Assembly (NCBI GenBank): GCA_048882485.1
Contig: JBHLRP010000033.1
Span: 1-14,663, forward strand
Reading direction: 5' to 3'
DNA: 14,663 nt
DNA from: Candidatus Thorarchaeota archaeon
Lineage (GTDB): Archaea > Asgardarchaeota > Thorarchaeia > Thorarchaeales > Thorarchaeaceae
Below, piece after piece: positions 6,804 to 13,701 of the stretch (positions within the stretch are counted from its first letter, which is position 1; each line of letters begins with the position of its first letter). The translations under genes and the position numbers were made by a program. The notes under the pieces were generated by a model, which saw nothing but the letters and a program-made list of their open reading frames with translations, was not told the DNA's origin and ran no database searches.

Positions 6804-7922
6804 ATGAAACTAACAAAGCAGAATTCCTATGACATGCTGACGGGCGTGGGAATACTAGGGACTGGAGGCGGAGGTGATCCCGTAACTTTTGGGAAGCCAA
6901 TGGTCGATTGGGACCACGACCGAGGGCGTGTCTACGAGGTCACACCTCCATCTGAGATCAAAGATGATGCATTCATTGTCTGTGGCGGTTACATGGGAAG
7001 CGTAAAGGCATTCACCTCTATAGGGGACATGCTTGAGGCTTGGGAAACCAGATATGAGCTCCATGAAGCAATGAAAATGTCTGAGAAAATCGCCGGCAAG
7101 AAGGTCAACCACCTTGTACCATTTGAGCTGGGCGGGACGAATACTACTGTCATGTTGTCACTAGCAGCTAGAGCAGGGATAACCACAGTAGATGGGGATG
7201 GACTCGGCCGCTCTGCTCCAGAGAGCCAGATGATTTCGTTTGTTGGATATGGAATTGAGCTATGCCCTATGCCACTTGTTACGAAGAATGGGAGCATAGT
7301 AGTTGTTGAGAAGTCCACTTCACCAGCTCTTGCTGATGAGATTGGCAGATTCGCAGTGGTTCAGGATGGTGGAGCTGGTGCTAACAACCATTACCATCAG
7401 ACTGGCGCACAGTTGAAGAAATCCGTGATTCCAGACAGCATTTCGAAATCAATTGAGCTTGGTGAAGCTGTACGTGATGCGAATGAGAACAAAAAGGATC
7501 CAATTGATGCTTTCTTAGATACTATGGGCGGCCAGAAACTCATCAAGGGCAAGATTGAGGAAGTGAAAGGTGAGGATAGGGCAGGCCATTGGCATGTAGT
7601 CGTGAGAATCAAGCCGGAGAACTTGAAGAGCAAATTCGAAGTTGTCGTGAAGAATGAGTACATGATGGCCATGAGCGATGGAAAGCCTGTAGTAATGTTT
7701 CCTGATCTTATTTGCATGCATTATCCTGACACCGGTCATGGAGTCATGAGTGCCAACCTCGAAGAAGGGATGGAAGTAGTTGTGACAGCATCTCCAGCGC
7801 ATGAAAGGTTGAGATATGCTGGGAGTACAGAGATTGGTCGAAAGGCATTCCATCCTGAGCGTTATGGTCATCCTGAACTTGAGTACAAACCGATGGAAGA
7901 AATCATCGTAAACCTCCGATAG
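6804..7922 (+). CDS. DUF917-family protein, paralogue 2
   Basis: Motifs GVGILGTGGGGDP, PFELGGTNT, VDGDGLGRSAPE, VKNEY and FPDLI. The ATG at 6804 is preferred over TTG 6789 because GGAGA (6791-6795) is correctly spaced and the N-terminus then aligns with paralogue 1. Confidence 0.9.
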   Translation: MKLTKQNSYDMLTGVGILGTGGGGDPVTFGKPMVDWDHDRGRVYEVTPPSEIKDDAFIVCGGYMGSVKAFTSIGDMLEAWETRYELHEAMKMSEKIAGKKVNHLVPFELGGTNTTVMLSLAARAGITTVDGDGLGRSAPESQMISFVGYGIELCPMPLVTKNGSIVVVEKSTSPALADEIGRFAVVQDGGAGANNHYHQTGAQLKKSVIPDSISKSIELGEAVRDANENKKDPIDAFLDTMGGQKLIKGKIEEVKGEDRAGHWHVVVRIKPENLKSKFEVVVKNEYMMAMSDGKPVVMFPDLICMHYPDTGHGVMSANLEEGMEVVVTASPAHERLRYAGSTEIGRKAFHPERYGHPELEYKPMEEIIVNLR

Positions 7923-7970
7923 ATAATTTGAAAGGCGACCGACTTTTTCGGTTCTTACTGGTGTTGCATC

Positions 7971-8738
7971 ATGAAACGGATTGCTCTAATCGGTGCTACC
8001 GGGATAGATTGGTGGGTGGATGAGAAGAAGCGAGATTTCGTGAGGTTACATACTCCTGTGGGTTATGAAATAGTAAACTATACTCCAAAATACGGTACAC
8101 ACAGTGTTGAATCGCATGTTGATGAAGCATACAATGCACCATTCATTTTGGAGCAAATAGTGAAAGCGGAGAAGGACGGCTGTGATGCAATTGTCATCGA
8201 TTGTGCTTGTGACCCCGTTCTTGATGCAGCTAGAGAAGTCTGTAGGGTACCTGTTGTTGCTCCACGAAACTCAGCCCTTCACGTCGCACTTACTCTAGGG
8301 ACAAAATTCAGCATAATTACAGTTCAAGGCCAATCGCTTCTGAGATGCATGCAAGAGGGCGTTCGGAAAGAGGGTCTCGAGTCATTCTGCGCAAGTGTTC
8401 GGCATCTAACAATGCCAGTTCTAGACATTCCGAAGAATCCAAAAGATACACAGGAAGAACTCCTACAGATGTGCAAGACGGCTATAGAAGAGGATGGGGC
8501 AGATGTCATTGTCCTCGGATGTACGGCACTTTCTCATGAGGTTGATCTCGAGCCTATCATGAAGGAACTTGGCGTTCCTATCTTGGACCCATGGGTGATA
8601 GCAATTCGAATGGCTCATACGCTGGCTGAAACTGGATTGACCCATAGCAAGATTGCCTATCCAAATCCTCCACGGAAGGGCATCACAGAAATCCCTGCGA
8701 TCGAGGGTGTCTTTGATGACGTCCTAAAGTCTGATTGA
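7971..8738 (+). CDS. Asp/Glu/hydantoin racemase family protein (hydantoin/allantoin racemase-like)
   Basis: 255 aa with both catalytic Cys motifs, DAIVIDCACDPVLDAARE and ADVIVLGCTAL. C-terminal GLTHSKIAYPNPP is typical of hydantoin racemases. Confidence 0.9.
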   Translation: MKRIALIGATGIDWWVDEKKRDFVRLHTPVGYEIVNYTPKYGTHSVESHVDEAYNAPFILEQIVKAEKDGCDAIVIDCACDPVLDAAREVCRVPVVAPRNSALHVALTLGTKFSIITVQGQSLLRCMQEGVRKEGLESFCASVRHLTMPVLDIPKNPKDTQEELLQMCKTAIEEDGADVIVLGCTALSHEVDLEPIMKELGVPILDPWVIAIRMAHTLAETGLTHSKIAYPNPPRKGITEIPAIEGVFDDVLKSD

Positions 8739-8753
8739 GGAATATACATTTCA

Positions 8754-9995
8754 CTAGGCCTTGCTTCTTCTTAGTAGGACCATCATCATCAGCAAGATTA
8801 CCACTGCCAGAAGTGCATACATGAGATACGGGAATGTGAGACCGAAGCCCGTCACCCAGCCTCCAACGATTGGACCGAGGAAGAGTCCCACACCACCCAT
8901 ACTCTCGACTAGTCCAGCATGAGCTCCTTTCTCCAAATCCGTTGCTGAAACAACCAGATACAATGCTCCCAGATAGTTGAATCCCACCCCCAATCCGGAA
9001 AGCACCATTGCAATCGCAAACACCCAGATGTCTATGAATGAGAACAAAAGGAAGCCTGAAATCGCAGACAGAATTGCTCCAAGAAGTATGACTGTCTTCA
9101 TGTAGTCTCCAGGCATTCTGGCGATTGCAATGAATCCAGCAGTTCGAACAATGTTCCATATCAGAAGCAGGTTTCCGAAATCTTCTGTAGCAAAAGGATA
9201 TCCTAGGAGAACGAGATTCTCAATGTAGGACGGGAATAGGGCCAGAATCACAGTCGATACTACACCCCATAGCATCACAGAGAGATATGCTGCAATGAAT
9301 ATGGGTGACGCTTTGCTTGCCTTTTGCTCTCGAGTCGTGATTTGAGTCGCCGTATTCATGTTCTCAGGTGTTTCTGGCTTTCTCTTGTACGCTTGAAGGA
9401 ATAATGCGATAATTGCCAATGAGAATATCTCAATTGCTAGGATTACATAGATGCTCGATAGGTCTCCGTAGATACCAGCTAGATACGCAATAATCATCGG
9501 TGGGAGGATCATTGACGCACTCCATGCTGTTGAGAAATTGCCAAGAGTCGCTACCTGTGATTCTGGTTCAAGCTCCGCAACCATTCCTTCAATGGTTGGA
9601 GCGATGAATCCAAAGACTAAGCCCTCCACTGTTCGTATCGCTATCAAATGAATAGTTTGAATGAATGGAAAAAGATAGAGAATAATGACCCCGATATAGG
9701 CTGCTGTGGAAACTAAAAGCGTCTTCTTTCTGCCAACCCTATCTGAAAGACGACCACCAATTGCAGGTGAAAACATATACACGAATCCAAACACACCGAA
9801 AGCGATTCCTGACTCTAATGGGGTTCCTCCAAGTCGAAATACATACCAAGATGCAAAGATCTCAGTCGTTCCTAATACGAACACAACGAGAAACGTCGTA
9901 ATGTACCCCACAACTCGATTCTTCTTTCGAATTTCAGGGGTTAAATCCGGTTCTCCATCTACATCTAGGCAGAAGGGTTCACATGGTTCGTGCAT
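8754..9995 (-). CDS. MFS transporter
   Basis: 413 aa with about 12 TM segments. Motif A GGRLSDRVGRKK, IRTVEGLVFG and GLFLGPIVGG. GGTGAG lies just upstream of the ATG. Confidence 0.92.
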   Translation of the reverse strand: MHEPCEPFCLDVDGEPDLTPEIRKKNRVVGYITTFLVVFVLGTTEIFASWYVFRLGGTPLESGIAFGVFGFVYMFSPAIGGRLSDRVGRKKTLLVSTAAYIGVIILYLFPFIQTIHLIAIRTVEGLVFGFIAPTIEGMVAELEPESQVATLGNFSTAWSASMILPPMIIAYLAGIYGDLSSIYVILAIEIFSLAIIALFLQAYKRKPETPENMNTATQITTREQKASKASPIFIAAYLSVMLWGVVSTVILALFPSYIENLVLLGYPFATEDFGNLLLIWNIVRTAGFIAIARMPGDYMKTVILLGAILSAISGFLLFSFIDIWVFAIAMVLSGLGVGFNYLGALYLVVSATDLEKGAHAGLVESMGGVGLFLGPIVGGWVTGFGLTFPYLMYALLAVVILLMMMVLLRRSKA

Positions 9996-10016
9996 ATTCT
10001 CACCGCATGCATCTGG

Positions 10017-11030
10017 CTACTTGAGATGTGGAGCAATCTCTTTGCCAATCAGCTTCGCTGTTTCAATTGGATTGGTACCTGGAACTGGAAATGCCACAGG
10101 AGTATTTGCTCCGGCATCGATCATATCTTGTATCTGCTTGATACATGATTCAACATCTCCTACAACGCAAAGCTCTTGCAGCATCTTGTCAGTAATCAAT
10201 TCTCCAAGCCTAGCATCGTCGCCTTTCTCTGCAGCCTCTCTAAACGCCATTGTATCTTCAGGTCGAACTCCTGCATGTTCCATCAGAGGGCCTCCTGCCT
10301 GAGAATGAGGCAAGTATAGCTTTGAAAACTCTCTAACCGTGTTGTATGCCTTATCCAAGTCATCATCAACCACGACTGGAAGATATCCTACCATCTCGAA
10401 ACCATCCAGGGATTTCCCTACTTCATTAGCACCCGCTTCAACCCTTTCCCAAGCGAATTTCGTATAGTTTGGAGTGCAGAAGATAGACATTATAGCCCCG
10501 TCCCCAATCTCTCCTGCAAGCTTCATTCCCTGCTTTCCTTCGAAGGCAAGATAGATTGGAACTCTTTTTCTAACAGGTTCGAAGATCAACTGGACAGCCT
10601 TGGTTTCGAAGTATTTCCCCCTGTGAGTAATACTCTCTCCAGTCATTATCTTCCTTATGACCTCGATACTCTCTTTGGTTCTCGAGATTGGTTTCTTATC
10701 CCAGAGTCCCATTTGATCCATCCAGAATGGTACGCCTGATCCTAGACCAAAGACAGCACGTTTGCTGCACATCTCATCTATCGTGGCGAATTCCATGGCT
10801 ATAAGCGCTGGGTGCCGAGAGTATGGATTGACAACACCTAGTCCAATTCGTATCTTCTCGGTTGCCATAGACCCTGCAGCCATGTATGGAATCCCGCCTC
10901 TGAAGAAGTAGTCCTCAGCGAACCAGACTGATCCTAATCCCGCAGCTTCTGTCGCTTTCGCCAGTTCAACACCTTCTTTCACTGGGAAAACACCTGTCAT
11001 AGCCATTCCAAATTCCTTGTAACCTTTCAT
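10017..11030 (-). CDS. LLM-class (Mer-like, probably F420-dependent) oxidoreductase
   Basis: 337 aa. SVWFAEDY, ATEKIRIGLGVVNPYSRHPALIA, RAVFGLGSG and VPIYLA...LAGEIGDG. GGTGAG RBS at 11041-11036. The cofactor assignment is inferred. Confidence 0.88.
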   Translation of the reverse strand: MKGYKEFGMAMTGVFPVKEGVELAKATEAAGLGSVWFAEDYFFRGGIPYMAAGSMATEKIRIGLGVVNPYSRHPALIAMEFATIDEMCSKRAVFGLGSGVPFWMDQMGLWDKKPISRTKESIEVIRKIMTGESITHRGKYFETKAVQLIFEPVRKRVPIYLAFEGKQGMKLAGEIGDGAIMSIFCTPNYTKFAWERVEAGANEVGKSLDGFEMVGYLPVVVDDDLDKAYNTVREFSKLYLPHSQAGGPLMEHAGVRPEDTMAFREAAEKGDDARLGELITDKMLQELCVVGDVESCIKQIQDMIDAGANTPVAFPVPGTNPIETAKLIGKEIAPHLK

Positions 11031-11050
11031 GACATCTCACCATTTCTTTC

Positions 11051-11082
11051 AAAACAAGAGAGAAGGGGGAAGAAATCCCCCT
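11051..11082 (-). terminator. Intra-operon hairpin plus pyrimidine tract after AOR
   Basis: Minus strand AGGGGGA-TTTCT-TCCCCCT (11082-11064) starts 3 nt after the AOR stop and is followed by TCTCTCTTGTTTT. Confidence 0.6.
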
Positions 11083-11085
11083 ATT

Positions 11086-13005
11086 CTAGGGCAACTTGCC
11101 GATGCTCTCTAGATAGTCTGCTACATCCTTGAGACCAAGCTTCTCGTAGGTCTCTCTCTTGGGCCAACTTGTCTTGGGATCCCATTCGTGAAGTGCATAG
11201 TACCTATCGAGCATGCCATCCAACTCCTCCTGGGAGTTCATCTCGCCCTTGAGTGGACCACTAGCGGCTCCCTCATTCATTAACCTCCAGGGCAGATTGT
11301 CATGCTCCCTGGTGGCTCCACGTGTCACATTGAACGCCTTCTCAAGTGTCACAACTCTGCGGCCAGTGCACATCATCTCATCCTCAGTCAAGGAGATGCC
11401 TGTCGCTGCTTCATACAGTCGCGCCATGTTATCGGGATTGACTCCAAAAGCGGCTGTAGAGGTGAATACACAGAATCCCAAAGCTTCCGTTATCTCATAG
11501 CAGTCTTCATGCCAGCGTACAATCTCGGCGCGAAAATCAGTGAAGTGAGGTGACGCCCACTTCTTGTCACCTGTCACCTTCTCGATGACTTCGACCGCCT
11601 CAGGGCTAGCTCCGAATTCTGCAAAGGTTTCAGTCATGAGATGGTCATTTCCTCGGGGGTTGACTGCAAAGGCTAATGCATATGCTTTCGCAGACCTTGT
11701 TTCGACATTAGACTGCTCAAGACCCTTGGAGTTCATGATAGCCCATTTATAGGAGTCGTGGCCAACCTTCTTTGTTGCTATCTTGAGACCATCTCCAAGG
11801 AGGGTCCCCAGCTTGCCTTTTCGTAAGGCCAATGCCTCAACCGTCTTTAGAGTTTCATCAAGCTTGCCCCAGTCAAGCTCAAGCCCATCTGTGTCTTCTT
11901 TCGTAAGAACTCCCCGCAGGTAGCTCTCAATAGCCCACTGGGAAACAGTGCCTGCTGTAATAGTGTCCAATCCCAGACGGTTGCACATCTCGTTGAGCAG
12001 AAGGACACCTTCAGTGTCAATGATTCCTGGACCGTTGCCAAGTGCTCCAAAGGTTTCGTATTCTGGGCCTCCACTTGCTATACCTGCATTAGGCCCTTCT
12101 TCAATGGTGGAGTATCGGTGGCAGCCAATTGTGCAGCCAAAGCATGCAACCCGTCTTTTAAGATACCCTTTCTCAACCAAAGCTTGGCCAGTTATTGGGT
12201 GGACATTTTCAGTATACCCAGTTTGCCAGTTCTTTCCAGGGAACGCATGTAACTCATTGACTGCCGCAATGGACCCTGCGGTGCCAAAGTCATGAAGTCC
12301 TATAGAACCACTGTCCTTACGGAGATTCTCCCTCATCTCTTCAGCGACATCGGCAAACTTCTTTGGATCCTTTACCCTCACCGGTTTGGTGCCCCTAACA
12401 GCAATAGCTTTGAGATTCTTCTTGCCCATGACAGCAGCTCCACCACCCCTCCCTGCAGCGTGGTATAGGGAGCACTGAATTGACGCGGCTCTAACAAGTT
12501 TCTCTCCAGCGGGGCCAATATAGAGTCCCTTAGAATCGTTACCATGCCACTTCTTCAACAGAGTGTCGGTCTCTATAATGTCCTTACCCCAGAGGTCCTT
12601 GGCATCCCTGATTTCTACGTCGTCATCATTGATCCAGATATAGGACGGCTTTTGAGCAACACCATGAACCACAAGGTGATCATAGCCTGCAAACTTCAAC
12701 TCAGCACCCCAATGGCCTCCTGTATTGCTCTTCAGATAGAGTCCGGTGGTGCAGCCCACGGTAGTGACTGAGGTCCTCCCTGATGCAGGGGCGGTGGTGC
12801 CAGTCACAGCTCCTGGCGCATAAATGATGATATTCCTGGGGTCGTCCCATGTGATATCTGGGTCCTTGCAATAATCCCAGAGGATTCTGGCGTTGATTCC
12901 TCTGGAACCAACGTAAAGGCGTTTCCACTCCTCTGGAATGTCATCTTTCCAAATCTTTCCGCTTGATAGGTCGATGTGTAGTATCCTTCCTTGATGTCCA
13001 TTCAT
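11086..13005 (-). CDS. aor: Tungsten-containing aldehyde:ferredoxin oxidoreductase (AOR/WOR family), catalytic subunit
   Basis: 639 aa. SNTGGHWGAELKFAGYD, IGPAGE, GRGGGAAVMGKKNLKAI, Fe-S ligands CFGCTIGC plus EALGFC, and GPEYET, NRLGLDTI, NPRG, MLDRYY. Confidence 0.95.
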   Translation of the reverse strand: MNGHQGRILHIDLSSGKIWKDDIPEEWKRLYVGSRGINARILWDYCKDPDITWDDPRNIIIYAPGAVTGTTAPASGRTSVTTVGCTTGLYLKSNTGGHWGAELKFAGYDHLVVHGVAQKPSYIWINDDDVEIRDAKDLWGKDIIETDTLLKKWHGNDSKGLYIGPAGEKLVRAASIQCSLYHAAGRGGGAAVMGKKNLKAIAVRGTKPVRVKDPKKFADVAEEMRENLRKDSGSIGLHDFGTAGSIAAVNELHAFPGKNWQTGYTENVHPITGQALVEKGYLKRRVACFGCTIGCHRYSTIEEGPNAGIASGGPEYETFGALGNGPGIIDTEGVLLLNEMCNRLGLDTITAGTVSQWAIESYLRGVLTKEDTDGLELDWGKLDETLKTVEALALRKGKLGTLLGDGLKIATKKVGHDSYKWAIMNSKGLEQSNVETRSAKAYALAFAVNPRGNDHLMTETFAEFGASPEAVEVIEKVTGDKKWASPHFTDFRAEIVRWHEDCYEITEALGFCVFTSTAAFGVNPDNMARLYEAATGISLTEDEMMCTGRRVVTLEKAFNVTRGATREHDNLPWRLMNEGAASGPLKGEMNSQEELDGMLDRYYALHEWDPKTSWPKRETYEKLGLKDVADYLESIGKLP

Positions 13006-13006
13006 G

Positions 13007-13498
13007 CTATGCAGCCTCCTTTTTCAATTCACGATACATGGCCATTCTAGCCGACCGTAGCTTCTTCTTCTGTTTCAACAAGTCATCTGTGGCGCCCACC
13101 CACTGAATTGCACCGGGTACACAGTGCTTTGCACAATATGGATCGCCTCCACAAAGGTCACAGATTATCGCCTTATTGTCCTCTGGGTGCAGTCGAATTC
13201 CATGGTAAGGACAGGCTTCTACACATTTAGCCTGGCCTGTGCATTTGCTATTGTCAACAGTGATGATTCCTGTTTTATCATCTCTTGATAATGCCTTTTC
13301 AGGACATGAATCAATACATGGATGTGCATCGCATTGTTCACACAAGAACTGAATGCCTAGCGCGATGTCCTCTTTCTTGTAGACTTTCACTCTCCCTCTA
13401 TATGGGTCGAATAGGTCTTCCTTCGTCAAAGAACAAGCTAGAGAACACTGCTTGCAGCCAGTACATTTGTCCATATCGACTAATAATAAATTGGCCAT
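13007..13498 (-). CDS. Multi-cluster Fe-S electron-transfer subunit (DmsB/HydN/CooF-like), partner of the AOR
   Basis: 163 aa with four Cys groups: CTGCKQCSLAC, CEQCDAHPCIDSCP, CTGQAKCVEACP and CDLCGGDPYCAKHC. Its stop is 1 nt from the AOR start, and a GGAGG RBS lies within its 3' end. Confidence 0.93.
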   Translation of the reverse strand: MANLLLVDMDKCTGCKQCSLACSLTKEDLFDPYRGRVKVYKKEDIALGIQFLCEQCDAHPCIDSCPEKALSRDDKTGIITVDNSKCTGQAKCVEACPYHGIRLHPEDNKAIICDLCGGDPYCAKHCVPGAIQWVGATDDLLKQKKKLRSARMAMYRELKKEAA

Positions 13499-13701
13499 TT
13501 TCCATCAGCGTCCATTTCGAATGTTAAATTGGTCCTATCACATTGAATCCAACATTTTAATGCTGTCCTTCTCGTCCTGTTATACGATGCATATCGGTGG
13601 GCTTTAACAAATGATGAAATCTTAAGCTTGCATTATGGTAATGAATTCGAAAGACACATCTTGCAGATTGTTTCTATCAATGATACGCCTGAGGTTCAGA
13701 G

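Noticed and set aside
3555-8738. Calling the block a canonical ergothioneine degradation operon
   Set aside because: No ergothionase, thiourocanate hydratase, hydantoinase or carbamoylase is present in the window. Family membership alone does not fix the substrate.
9706-10302. 198-aa plus-strand ORF and other short overlapping ORFs (e.g. 3645..4112, 8683..9159, 11948..12295)
   Set aside because: They lie antisense or out of frame within well-supported genes, have no motifs, and show the Ser/Pro/Thr-rich composition typical of shadow frames.
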